Source: Phoronis australis
Taxonomy: Eukaryota > Animalia > Phoronida
Assembly (NCBI GenBank): GCA_002633005.1
Contig: NMRA01000016.1
Location: 985,874-1,049,873, forward strand
Direction of reading: 5' to 3'
Length of the DNA: 64,000 nt
Each line of letters opens with the position of its first letter. Within the stretch, counting starts at the first letter, position 1. This document shows, in pieces, positions 52,161 to 64,000 of the stretch. A program made the translations under genes and the position numbers. Below the pieces are notes generated by a model. The model was not told the origin of the DNA, did not search any database, and saw only the letters and a list, made by a program, of their open reading frames with translations.

Positions 52161-53290
52161 CGGAACTAGAATTTTACGAGCATAAATTGTATTACAGCTC
52201 TATGGTATAAAGAAATATAACAGTCAGCTCTTTCCAAGCCCACTGGCAGAAATCATAGCCTACCTGACCAATTTGGGGTCCATTTCGTAACCGGTTAAAT
52301 GGCCTACTAAATAAAAACTTATTTTACAAACAAGCCGACGGATCAAATTTGCCGCATGGCCGGCGGTACTGCATGTAGCCGGCTAACCCTGCAAGTGTCT
52401 AGTGCTTAGAACCCTCGACGCTCAAGGAGCGGTCTCATGTCGCTGGCCACTGTCCCCACAAGGGACGTCATAATAATATAGACCACGACGACGACAACGG
52501 TTGTTCTTTTGTTCAAACCTGGGAATAATGGTTAGTCAACGGTAAACTGTGCCACGTGGTCCGCGGGTGAAATTGGCGATTACCTGGTGGTTTGGAGTGT
52601 CTAAATCCAGCAGTAGCAACTGCAGTAAAATCGGATTGGGGTTCAAACCCTGATGCTTTCGAACATTTTGTCTGAATTAGCTTTAGCTTTGTTTCGGATT
52701 CCTAGATGTCGGATCTGAACAGCAATGTGACATCAATCTGCGCAATCGTCGATCATTGGGGATCACAGAAACAAACGCAACCAGACCTTGAACGACGACC
52801 ATACATGGAGTTGGAAATTTTCCGAATGTTCATTCAACCTCTTTATGACCACTACCGGACACCATGAAAAAATGACATCACAAATTCACTTGTCGGCCAC
52901 ATTATGCCCTAATATTGGTGATATGTTTCATTTCATTCGGTAATAAGCAAGAATTGAGCGAAAACATGAATTTATTATTTGCATAAATAATTAAACAAAA
53001 TATAGCAGATAAAGGTATACAACTTAACACTGGAAAAACAGCCTGCTCAGATTAACTTCTGAAAAAGTCCAACTTTATTAGTGTCGAAAATTGCTTCCAA
53101 TCACAAGACAGCAACTAATGTGAATAGTGACCCATCGTTGCAGACTCACAATGGGCACTATCTTTTAAGGAGATGCTATAATACAAGAAGAAATAACACC
53201 TCATACATAAACCAATTAAACGTGTCTGATTTTACTAGATGTGCAGTCCCCTTGTCGTAACAAGCAATAGACAAGTTTTAAACCAATTTT

Positions 53291-53435
53291 CATGGGCGGC
53301 GCAGCACTGAAATAAGTGGGAGGCTATGGCCCGCCAGCCCCTATGGTGCGCTGCCCATAGAGTCCACAGGCGGCCCAGCACTGAAATAAGTGGGGGGCTA
53401 TAGTCCCCTTGACCCCCAATGGTGCGCCGCCCATG
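53291..53435. mobile_element. Small MITE-like dimer
   Basis: CATGGGCGGCGCA..TGCGCCGCCCATG termini; two tandem ~70-bp units each with CAGCACTGAAATAAGTGGG. Confidence 0.65.
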
Positions 53436-56063
53436 CATTTCCCACGAAAAAAAAAGACTCATGGACCAGAGGTCCAATCTTTGTACTAGAAATTGAACTG
53501 ACATGAAACACCTACTTTCGACATTTCCCACTCTATTGACATTTCAACATGGTTAATAGGTAGATTTCAACCAATCACAAGCTAGCATAGTTTTGGCTGG
53601 ACTTGAAATTACCTCTAATCCTAGTAATGAGCATATCAAGACAAACTTCATAACGCATGAGTGTTCTAAATAATTTTGCTCAAGTCCCGTTAATGGCATC
53701 TGGAACGTATATGACTAAGTTGTGATCAGATTATTCTTTAGAAGTTTGTGCAAGAGGAGAAATGCGACCCAATTTTAGATGGGGATGGTAGAGTGAGAAT
53801 TTGGATATTTTCAGAACACCAGAAATTTCACATATTACACAGGTTTGAAAATACCAATAGACTAAGCGGTGGGTTGTTTGACTTCGTGGCATCGGTGGTA
53901 GTCTCAGGCGTACAATTTGGCTACGTCATAGCAAAGGTGATTTCGTTGGGGTCGGCAAAAGTTCTATTGACTCCGTAGGGTGTAATCATTTGGCACGACC
54001 TTGGGTACCAACTTTCGAAGTTGCATAAGTGCATGCATATGTTGATATACATTTTGAATGTGCCAGGCCAACCATCTACCAATTGAGCAAAAGATAGCGC
54101 ATCAGCTATTCCACAGGCAACATGAATGGCAAAAATGCCAATCTTTACCTATCTAGTTTGCCCAGTACAAGACGGGGCATACTTTCAGAAACGAAAAATG
54201 TCCCAGCGTAATTAACTTGAAATGAGAAGCAATAGGTGCAACTGAAAGTTTACTGAACCCCTGGCACCGTTTGGTAATTCATTTTGCAGATAAGCCAGAA
54301 ACGCCCTGAAATAACATAATAGTGTGTTCTGTTTCGCATCAGACCTCCTCTTTCTTAACAGGAGCCCCACCTCGTTCATTTAATGACACCCTGCAAACAA
54401 AAAAAAAAATTCCAACTGTTCCTCCAAAAAGTAAGTCCATCGACCTATATCTGTTATTTCTTATATTTGAGGGCCCTGTTTGCAGCAATTGAGAATTTTT
54501 TTTGCAAACAAATCACCTTCCATTGATGTATCTCATCCCCGTTTATTACACAGATTCTGGACATGGGTGCCAGTGATTCCTCAGCACTTCCAACTAGTAC
54601 CAATTCACGAACCACCTTGTCAAGTGAAAACCAAGAAGCCTCTCTGACTTTGAATTCCTTAAATGCTTCACATTTTAAACATATGATGAAGTTCATTAAA
54701 AATGCTTCAATGCAAAAAGTGATTTTGTCTTTAAAAATGCCAAATCTGAAGTATTTCCAATGTTAAATTAACGGTGAAAAGCAAGACCAGCTTTTATGCC
54801 TTCAACATTTTAAAATAATTCTACTTTACAAACATTTTTGTTAATTTCAGAAAAGAATTAACATTTGAATTGCAGTATAAAAGTTCCAATGAATACCAAC
54901 TTTCCACCACAAAATGTGACCTTGCTATCCTTGTGTATGAGAATGACAGCTAACATTTCACAAGTTACCTCTCACATCCAGATGCATGCCCCTGTCCTTA
55001 AGGCCAAGGAAAATAGCAAAACTGGTTCTCCGATTTTTTAGTTGTCCATACAATCAAAAACAAAAAACAAACCTGACATCAGCTGATATGGGTCGGAATA
55101 CCTATTTCTCAGCGTTACCTGACACCAGCCGAAATCTTTCTTAAACAGTGAGGTACTGATTTTCCGGTTATGCCATTTCTGGTGTGATACATTTGCTATG
55201 AACCAGACTTCAGCCAATACAAACCAACTGTTCATTTAGTCCCTTTAGCATTTTAAAACTGATCTCGAATTGTTCGTAAGTTAGGTGAGGAGTTATTTCT
55301 GAGCTTGACAACAGGGGGACTTATTGCAAGGAAACCGAACTACCAGTTAACCCCAAGCTCAGAAGCGGGTTCAATAAGGTGGGTGCTCGTGAGCACCCCG
55401 AGCACTCTATTTTGAAAAAGTTTTAGCAAGTGTGCACTCGTGCGCATATGAGAGTGCTGGTGATCACTATCGATAGGTGGTTCGCTTCGATATCAAAGAT
55501 GCCATTCAACGTGTCCTTAGAGTTTCAAGGACATTACTTTGAGTAATGACAATGACTTCAAGTGGTATAAGTTGGAAGTACACACGGCGTATGCACAAGA
55601 TTGTTGGAAGTAATAGTAAATTTGGTTCAGAAATAAATAATTTAATAGCGCAAGCTTGCTTCATATTGTGAGCACACGCTGTCATTCAATAGCAAGCTCT
55701 CATTTTAGGCGAGCACACGCTTTCAAAGCAAGCCTCAGAAATCACTTTTAATCAGAGCAAGGAACATTGAAACAATAACTGGTCAAGCGTTTTCTGATAG
55801 AATGCAGGTTCACGGTAGCTCGTCTATTTTCTCACTTAAGAGAAACTGAATTCACTGTTTGATTAACAGTGCCTTTACAATAAATGTAAGAGTGAGCACC
55901 ACATAGCTACATGTCAAAATTTGAGAAATGCTGTTTGTAGATGATTTACATCAAATATTTAGCAAAACAATATTATAACTCTCGAAGCGATTGCCTGGCA
56001 TGTTATCATCAGCTGACACTGAATAAAATAAGACCCTGAGAATATCTTTGCCACCTAATCCTG

Positions 56064-56278
56064 TCACCTCGTTGAAGAATTCACTGTTATACTTGTATTT
56101 TTAGATGACGGCCTTTTCATTTCAGCTCTCAGTAAAGACTGTTCGAACTGCTTCAACATCTGAGCTAATACTTTCCTTTTGAAGCGAAGGCACTCATGGA
56201 TAATCTCATGAACAAATGTCTGTTTTAAGTGTATGCTGCCTTGGACTTTGTTCATAAGACTGAACAACTGATCAAAGT
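56064..56278 (-). CDS. INTS6: INTS6 terminal coding exon
   Basis: FDQLFSLMNKVQGSIHLKQTFVHEIIHECLRFKRKVLAQML..TGA. Confidence 0.88.
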
Positions 56279-59200
56279 CTGAAAAAAGAGAACAAACTTA
56301 TAAACAATTCACATAGCACATACATGGGGTGTCCAATGCAGATTCGCCAATCATGTGGCATAGGCTATGAGAAACAACAGTCCTTTCTCAAGGTTTGCAT
56401 CACCTAAGTTTTCTTGCCTCACCACTAACAAAATATTAAATAAAATTCAAATCAATACAAAAAGTAATTTAACTTCACTGTACATAAATACACACACCCC
56501 ACAGACAAAAAAGTTGATGAATCACTTCCTGCCACCCCCCAACCCCCAGTCCTTATCACCAGAAACACATGTACAGACAGAAAAAAGATACAAGTAGTCA
56601 TCCTTGCCAACAACGCAGAATCGTAATTTAAAATAAAAAATCTTTGCTTACAATTGACAGTGGTCCCCACAATTTACTTGAAGATTCCTAGTTTCAAGTA
56701 TAATGCACATTGGGCAAACCGGGCAAGCAGTTTTCACAACCAAACTTAAACTCCTTAACCACTATAACCTTACTGTAATTGTTTTAACAAGCAAATGTGC
56801 CCAGAGGTAGGTACAATGAGACATAAACATTTACCCTAGCACAAGATTTATTGTTAGAAATGTAGCCATTAAGTGACATACAGATCCATGTAATAGAGAA
56901 TAGGAGTCCCCACCCGGACAAAAACTACAAAGCAGGCCAAACAATAGAAAGTGAAGAGGAGAAACAATACGGTTTTGAGTCAGGGGTATCCATCTGCTGT
57001 GATACTTACTTTTGCCTGGCCTTTTGACCTCTTTCACAACCAGCTGCTTCAATTTTACATTGAATTCCCCTGCTTTGACCTCATTAGTCCTATCAGTTTT
57101 TGTTTTTTTAGCCTTGTGATTCACCACACTCTCCTGAGTGCTCACACTGTCATTGTCACTACTTGTGTCTCTCTGTTGAATATCCTCAGAGTTTGTTCTT
57201 AGCGGCTTGTCTACATTCACACTGTCACCCAACACAATCAGATCTTCAACATTTTGTTCATTTTCTGCAACAAATCAACGACATGCAGCTTGAACAATGT
57301 TCTACACGACGTCAAAAAAAAAAATTTTGTACCCTGAATTTATTATCAGGTTTAAAGTATTCTAACCTATCCATAAGCTAACACTTGGCAACCAAAACAT
57401 TGGGAAAGAAATCTGTACACCAACTTTCATGCCAGTAAACTAACGCAATTTCCAATCATTCGGAAAGTTTAAATTTCAATCACAAGAAGATGGGATTCAC
57501 CCAAAACCAAAAACGTTTAAAAAATTCAAAGGGTCACAGTGATGTATGGCGGTGGGTACATATAGACTAGGCCTTGGAAGACTGATATCTCAAATTTCGC
57601 ACCATTCACTGTACAAGAAACCATTCAGTGAACAGGGACATCAAACCAGTAGAATGGAAATTGACATAGCATCATTTAAATCTTTAAATCCTCCCTTGAA
57701 TGGTAACACATGCACAATACGTTCTTATTATATCTTAAAAGCATCACTTTGGCACTAATGAAGTCATAACTCAATGAACAGTTGAGCTTATTGTATAACC
57801 TTTGTCTGAGTCAACACGAGAATGCCCAATAAATTTAAACACCTACAAACAACACCTGCACCTATTGGTGGTCTATTCAATACACTCTGCGGTTGGTACA
57901 TATTTCTACATAAAAAAGAAAATAATTGCAGGTGGTCTGATACATGTTGTACCAGACGTGCGCATGCCGCGCANAAACACATGTACAGACAGAAAAAAGA
58001 TACAAGTAGTCATCCTTGCCAACAACGCAGAATCGTAATTTAAAATAAAAAATCTTTGCTTACAATTGACAGTGGTCCCCACAATTTACTTGAAGATTCC
58101 TAGTTTCAAGTATAATGCAAATTGGGCAAACCGGGCAAGCAGTTTTCACAACCAAACTTAAACTCCTTAACCACTATAACCTTACTGTAATTGTTTTAAC
58201 AAGCAAATGTGCCCAGAGGTAGGTACAATGAGACATAAACATTTACCCTAGCACAAGATTTATTGTTAGAAATGTAGCCATTAAGTGACATACAGATCCA
58301 TGTAATAGAGAATAGGAGTCCCCACCCGGACAAAAACTACAAAGCAGGCCAAACAATAGAAAGTGAAGAGGAGAAACAATACGGTTTTGAGTCAGGGGTA
58401 TCCATCTGCTGTGATACTTACTTTTGCCTGGCCTTTTGACCTCTTTCACAACCAGCTGCTTCAATTTTACATTGAATTCCCCTGCTTTGACCTCATTAGT
58501 CCTATCAGTTTTTGTTTTTTTAGCCTTGTGATTCACCACACTCTCCTGAGTGCTCACACTGTCATTGTCACTACTTGTGTCTCTCTGTTGAATGTCCTCA
58601 GAGTTTGTTCTTAGCGACTTGTCTACATTCACACTATCACCCAACACAATCAGATCTTCAACATTTTGTTCATTTTCTGCAACAAATCAATGACATACAG
58701 CTTGAACAATGTTCTACACGGCATCAAAAATAAAAATTTGAATCCTGCATGAATTTATTATCAGGTTTAAAGTATTCTAACCTATCCATAAGCTAAACAC
58801 TTGGCTACCAAAACGTTGGGAATTTCCAATGTCATTCGGAAAGTTTAAATTTCAATCACAAGAAGATGGGATTCACCCAAAAGCAACAACGTTTAAAAAA
58901 TTCAAAGTGTCACAGTGATGTATGGCGGTGGGTACATATAGACTAGGCCTTGGAAGACTGATATCTCAAATTTCGCACCATTCTCTGTACAAGAAACCAT
59001 TCAGTGAATAGGGATATCAAACCAGTAGAATGGAAATTGACACAGCATCATTGAAATCTTTAAATCCCACCTTGAATGGTAACACATGCACAATACGATC
59101 TTATTATATCTTAAAAGCATCACTTTGGCACTAATGAAGTCATAACTCGATGAACTGTTGAGCTTATTGTATAACCTTTGTCTGAGTCAACACGAGAATG

Positions 59201-62200
59201 CCCAATAAATTTAAACACCTACAAACAACACCTGCACCTATTGGTGGTCTATTCAATACACTCTGCGGTTGGTACATATTTCTACATAAAAAAGAAAATA
59301 ACTGCAGGTGGTCTGATGCATGTTGTACCAGACGTGCGCATGCCGCGCATGAGGGCCCATTGCACTGATCACTTGGAACCATTTTTATGTATAGTTACAA
59401 TCGAGATGAGGAGCTAGAAACCAGACTCAATGGTTTAGCAGTGTGATCCAGTGGGACTCGAACCCACGACCTCAAGTAAAGAAAGCAGACACCTATCACA
59501 CTAGACCACACTGTCTCCTTGTATATTTCTACAACGGGTGCACTACTTCTGCTATTGGCCGTTCTTTGTTTGCCGTTTTCTCCAGACGACAAAAAATGGA
59601 GCGAAAAGACCACTTCAAGTATCATTTCACGTGCCTATGTTTAAGCATTTAACTTGTGTTCTCTTGTGTGTCCAAAGCTTGGCTAGGACTATCAGGACAG
59701 TCTAGACTAACAAACATCCCTTGAAGGTGTACAGCAAGCTTAACATTACACTGACTCCTTAAATCCTACTTTAACGCCATCTGTTGTACAGTATAGTATA
59801 TACACTGTAGCTAATGTAACTGTAACAAACTCTCAAAACGAAAACACCCCCACTTGTAAGCACAAGGTTGTATCGTGGACACCAGACTTCATTATAAACA
59901 CCGTACCTATTAGATCAACAGCAACAGGTGAGGGGGGTGTACTAGAGATAGAAGAAGAGGATGGACGTCTGACTAGCACATCTTTGGATAGGGGGCCAGG
60001 CTTCCTCTTACGGGGACCTGGCGATGACGGTGGACTCTCAGCTGGACGTTTGACCTTGACCTGACCAGGCATGGCTTCGTCAGCTTCATCAATCATTAGA
60101 TTCTGAAAAAAAAAACATAAAACTGGATGCATGATCTAAACGAGGCAATAAATTAGGTGATTGTGGTCTTTTTTGAAAGTCAAGCCAGTAATACGGTATT
60201 TTTTAAGTTGCTCCTTCAGTTTTTCAAAAAATAAATCCAACTGAGATGAGCAAAATGATGCAGGATTTTTTTACATATGGCTTAGCAAACCATGGCATTT
60301 CAAACTTGCTTTCCCTTGCTTAAGTGCATTTTCAAAAAATGAGACAGTACCTGAAACTGATGTGGGCGGGTGTTTTGCTTTTAGTCGGTGGGTGCAGGTC
60401 TCAAAATAAGTCTAGATGGAGACCAGAGCCAACTAGGCAAATATAAGTAATGTATCATTAATTTAAGACAGTGTTTGAAACAAGAACAATTTCACATGCT
60501 GAACAGATCCGATACATGTAAGCAACACGGCATGAAACAATATTATAACTTGAAAAGCTGCACGTACACAGTAGGAAAATAAAATACCATAAAACACTTC
60601 GCACCACAGAATGAATCGAGGTACATGAAAGCGTTAAAGACCCACGCAGTGCCATCTGTGAAAACAATTATTCTAATTCATGTTTTGGAGTGGGTCTCTT
60701 TTCTTTGTTTCAATACTGCCAGTTATCATTCCTAATTGCACAATAATGAATACAAGATGAACAACATAGAGTTAAAAATTGCATCAACAGGAACAATCAT
60801 TGCATCTGATAATTTACGAGATATGTTCATTTCTGGATTTAAAGATTGCTCATATTCTACATTTATTGGTTAATGCAAGACGTCTCACAAATACTCAATC
60901 TGTCTAAATACCTGCAGCACGTCTAGTGAACCAAAAAATATATTATGAGTATAGATGATGAACTATACATATAGATTTCAGTTATGCAAGCATCTATATC
61001 CTTTTATGAATTTTGATATTATTGCACTACGGGCCGGAGGGCTTCAAATTCAATAAAAGTTTATTCATACACAGTAGCTGTTATCTTGATTCATTCGAGC
61101 TTGAAGTTTGCAACCTCAGCTTGACCAAAGAAGTGCTGCGTGAAACTTAAAGACTGAATATTACCTTGTTGACTTTGAATGGGTTGCCAAAAGTATGCAG
61201 CCTGATGGGTTGCGTCTCTATCTCTCTGAGGGGCTGGGGCATCCTCTTGAGGTACTCCTGGTAGTTGCCCATCTGTTGTACAGGCACATTGTGCAGTTGA
61301 TCTGAAGTGATGTAAGCTGAGCATAACTACCAGATAGCTAACACATTGTATTTACTAAACGACCACGTCAATGCAGATAACGTTGTCAGAATGGACTGTG
61401 TAAGGGTGATGTATCACTAACAGTCAGAGACTTAGGGTGTCAATAAGTCTAAACAGATTTTAAAATGTCAAAATTACAAGGAGAGAAGAAGACTTTCGAA
61501 TACATAAGCAATTCATCGAGGCTGCAATCCAAAAAAGGGAAATACTTTTGCCAAAGTTGGCCACCTGAGAGTGCTGCACCAGAAAGAAATGTACAAAATG
61601 TAAACCAGTTATGATTTTTACAGCCATGAAATAACACAAAAGAGTTTGAATAATTCTTAACACAATTTCAGAATTTAATTTTCTAAAACTAAATGAGTTG
61701 CCTCGACTGAAGACAATTTTGCGACTCAATTACATCCCGGAGATGAAAGCAATGTCACAAAGGAAGCCCAACAGTCAATTCAATAAGCTAACGTTAGTTA
61801 AGAGTGAAGACACACACCATGATTTCTATTACCTTGACATTTGACACCATATACTCACCCACATCAACCCTTTTCTGGCCCGCAGACTGCCGCAAGAAGT
61901 TGGCACGCATTCGGACTATTTGATCGAGCAGACTCTTTCGTGGAATATCAAAGGGGTTTCTGGAAAACAGTAAATGTCTCAGATAAAAACATCAATTGCT
62001 TCAATCAGGGATCTGTTTCATGACAATGAATTAAAGCTTAAGAAAGAAATTTGGTTGTTCGTTATCTCCCACTTCACAATAACTGAATAAAGGTTTAGCT
62101 AAGTAGCAATGTATCATAGTCTAGAAATATTTTTTAGAAATTACCTCATTAACTTGCAGTTATGTAAATTCTCAGAGATTTTTACTCATTCAAGTGAGAT

Positions 62201-63972
62201 TCAAATACTTTTCAGAAATAGTTGTAAAGAGTGTAAGACCAAATTTCTGTCTGAAGACTGAAGTCACTAAGACGTGGATGTCACAAAAATCCTCTGAAAT
62301 AAGCCAAGTAAGCATTGCTCTTAACAAAAATTAAACCTATGGAATACAAACATGCAACTGAAGTTCGTATGACTTTGTCTTTTCACAATTTCGGAAAATA
62401 TCTACATATTTATAAACAGCCTGCCCATGAGGGCTCTTTTGTCCTCCATTGGAAATTGTTCACGTTGATACCATGTGAACAAAATTGTGTGTCACAAATT
62501 TAAGGTAAATGTACGGTACAAGCAGTGAATGACAAAAGGTACCATATAAGATTTTGTCGCAATGAATTCTGTTAGCAGCAAAATGACAGATCATGACTAT
62601 TGTAGTGGTGAAGCTGTAATTACAGAATGACTCATCCACCTAATTAACTTTCTTGGTAATTCCACTTTTTCTCACTTTTGAGGGAAGGCTGCTCTGATCA
62701 TGAATTTGCTGTCTCCACAGCCATCACCACAGGAAATTCTGGGTTACTTTGTCTGAATAACTTTGGTGTGTACTGTACAGATATTAAAGAGCATAAAAAA
62801 TCTGCAAACAGCCACCTCCATAGTATTTACCCACAATGCTGCACATTCATCAGGCATTTCACATGTTGTTATCACTGCACTAACGTTTAACTTCACCAAG
62901 AGGTTAAGTTTTGCAGTGTTGAAGCCGGAAAATTCTAAGTCTGAACAATGGCAGAATTTATATCCACCAGGTGACGCTAATAAGTAAAGGCTCCTTTAGT
63001 CAACATCTGTACAGATTGAGAGCAGAAATCAGTTCATCAGCGTAGGAACGTCTGTGGGTTAACAATCCCATGTGATTAATTAAAAAATAATTAATTGCAG
63101 GCGGTCTGATACACGTTGTACCAGACGTGCGCAGGCCTCGCATGTGGGCCCATTGCACCGATCACCTGGAAATATTTTTATGCTTTATTAATATATGGTT
63201 AAAACCGAGCTGAGGAGCTAGAAACCTGGCTCAAGGGTTTAGCAGTGTGACCTGGTGGGACTCGAACCCACGACCTCGAGTAAAGAAAGCGGGCACTTAT
63301 CAACCAGGCAACACTGCCTCCTCCATGTGACTACGTGAATGCATGCATTTCTACAGGTGGGTGGGACCATTGTTGCACTAGTACCACCTTATCAGCACAT
63401 CATTGCTCTTTGTATTCTTTACTATTTTTGCCTTAATAATACAATGCACTTTGAACCTAAGCGAGAAAGGAGGGTTCTAGTCAAGGCGGGACAATTACAT
63501 ACAGGAAACTAGGACAAAATGAATAATTAAAGCTTATCTTTGGTAAAGTATAACTTTTAGGAGTGTACATAGGTGAGTGGATCGAATCTGCAGTACGTTG
63601 GTAAATAGTGAGGCCTTACGGTAATAGATTCCTCGGTACAAAAATGAAACTGAAAGATAGGGGCCTTGACTAGATGAACAACCACCACAAGTAAAATGTG
63701 GTGCCGTGAATATACCAAGTACAAGGCGCTTACTTGAACATTTGAGGAGTGACATGTTTGTCTCTAGTTGCCACGGTGAAGCTGTCAAACTTGTTCAGTT
63801 CCTGTTGTATATTGGACATAAAGGTGAGGTCTCCGCCAACATGCTGCAAGATTTTGTTGAAGTCCTTCCGTTGTACTATTGATGTCTTTGACCTTGGAGT
63901 GACCTTGATCCCTTCAGCTTGAGGCGGTCGTTGACCAACACAGGCCACAAGCCGTTCGTACTCCAGCTTGGC
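56064..63972 (-). CDS. INTS6: Integrator complex subunit 6, 3' exons (gene continues beyond the window)
   Basis: Exons 63972-63734, 61959-61859, 61301-61165, 60102-59907, 58676-58422 (duplicate 57264-57010) and 56278-56064, phase-consistent. Motifs NPFDIPRKSLLDQ, QMGNYQEYLK, HTFGNPFK, MIDEADE and KEVKRPGK..VQGS..RFKRK match INTS6. Confidence 0.92.
57010..57264 (-). CDS. INTS6: INTS6 exon (copy B, duplicate)
   Basis: Near-identical to 58422-58676 with intact splice sites; S/P difference at DK(S/P)L. Confidence 0.55.
58422..58676 (-). CDS. INTS6: INTS6 exon (copy A)
   Basis: ..FNVKLKQLVVKEVKRPGK; phase 1-1; 255 nt. Confidence 0.8.
59302..59518 (-). mobile_element. tRNA-derived SINE
   Basis: Minus strand has box A-like TGGTCTAGTG and box B GGTTCGAGTCC; body shared with 63096-63321. 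Confidence 0.75.
59907..60102 (-). CDS. INTS6: INTS6 exon
   Basis: NLMIDEADEAMPG..KRP..RKRKPGPL; phase 0 to 1. Confidence 0.88.
61165..61301 (-). CDS. INTS6: INTS6 exon
   Basis: DQLHNVPVQQMGNYQEYLKRMPQPLREIETQPIRLHTFGNPFKVNK; phase 1 to 0. Confidence 0.9.
61859..61959 (-). CDS. INTS6: INTS6 exon
   Basis: NPFDIPRKSLLDQIVRMRANFL; phase 2 to 1. Confidence 0.88.
63096..63321 (-). mobile_element. tRNA-derived SINE
   Basis: GGAGGCAGTGTTGCCTGGTTG..GGTTCGAGTCCCACC head; same family as the 59302 copy. Confidence 0.75.
63734..63972 (-). CDS. INTS6: INTS6 exon
   Basis: AKLEYERLVACVGQRPPQAEGIKV..; AG/GTAAG; phase 0 to 2. Confidence 0.85.
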
Positions 63973-64000
63973 CTAGGACAATGTAAGATGGGTAACTAAT

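Larger units (their letters stand above)
56563..59349. repeat. ~1.4-kb tandem duplication joined at a single N
   Basis: 56563-57973 versus 57975-59349: highly similar with scattered substitutions and small indels. Confidence 0.9.

Noticed and set aside
52012-52292. RNase MRP-like layout on + (GGAAAGACCCGG, ACCAATTTGGGGTCCA, possible P1 and P2 pairings)
   Set aside because: Lacks the invariant bulged U of P4 and the GARAR P8 loop, and P3 is too short; likely chance. A cmsearch with the RNase MRP and RNase P models would settle it.
52383-52480. CTAACCCT as a telomerase RNA template; GGCCGGC/GCCGGCT as an HDV-like ribozyme
   Set aside because: No pseudoknot, CR4/5 or H/ACA elements follow, and the spacer is too short for an HDV fold; it looks like a SINE-type repeat tail.
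53930-54700. Minus-strand exon-like pieces (..EIHQWK|GVIK*) downstream of the INTS6 stop
   Set aside because: No recognisable protein similarity; may be 3' UTR or an alternative end, which cannot be supported from sequence alone.
59440-59518. tRNA gene (also near 63250-63321)
   Set aside because: No complete cloverleaf; these are SINE heads.

Overview
AT-rich eukaryotic genomic DNA with introns, most likely from a marine invertebrate (inferred from the gene and transposon content), with N-gaps at 23373-23876 and 45501-45773 and one N at 57974. Host genes: (i) a multi-exon + strand gene for a membrane-anchored protein with 7-8 six-Cys EGF/EB-like modules, tandem Thr/Ser-rich mini-exons, a ZP domain, a furin site and a TM helix (10533-21857); (ii) an intronless class A GPCR with melatonin-receptor-like NRY/NSxxY motifs (-, 37825-38727); (iii) a 3-exon C10orf143-like gene (-, 49631-51216); (iv) the 3' part of INTS6 (-, 56064-63972, continuing past the window), with one exon duplicated across the single N (probably an assembly or haplotype artefact). 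Most of the rest is nested transposon debris: a decayed KolobokP-like element with an opposite-strand His-Me-finger-like ORF, three THAP-bearing Kolobok-type elements, a near-complete AcademX transposase interrupted by a CR1-group LINE with a clear TSD, Ngaro-type YR and SGNH fragments, Penelope, Tx1/L1, RTE and Gypsy remnants, a long-TIR foldback element, MITEs and tRNA-derived SINEs. No rRNA, bona fide tRNA or CRISPR was seen. Family assignments rest on motif recognition by eye, not database searches.
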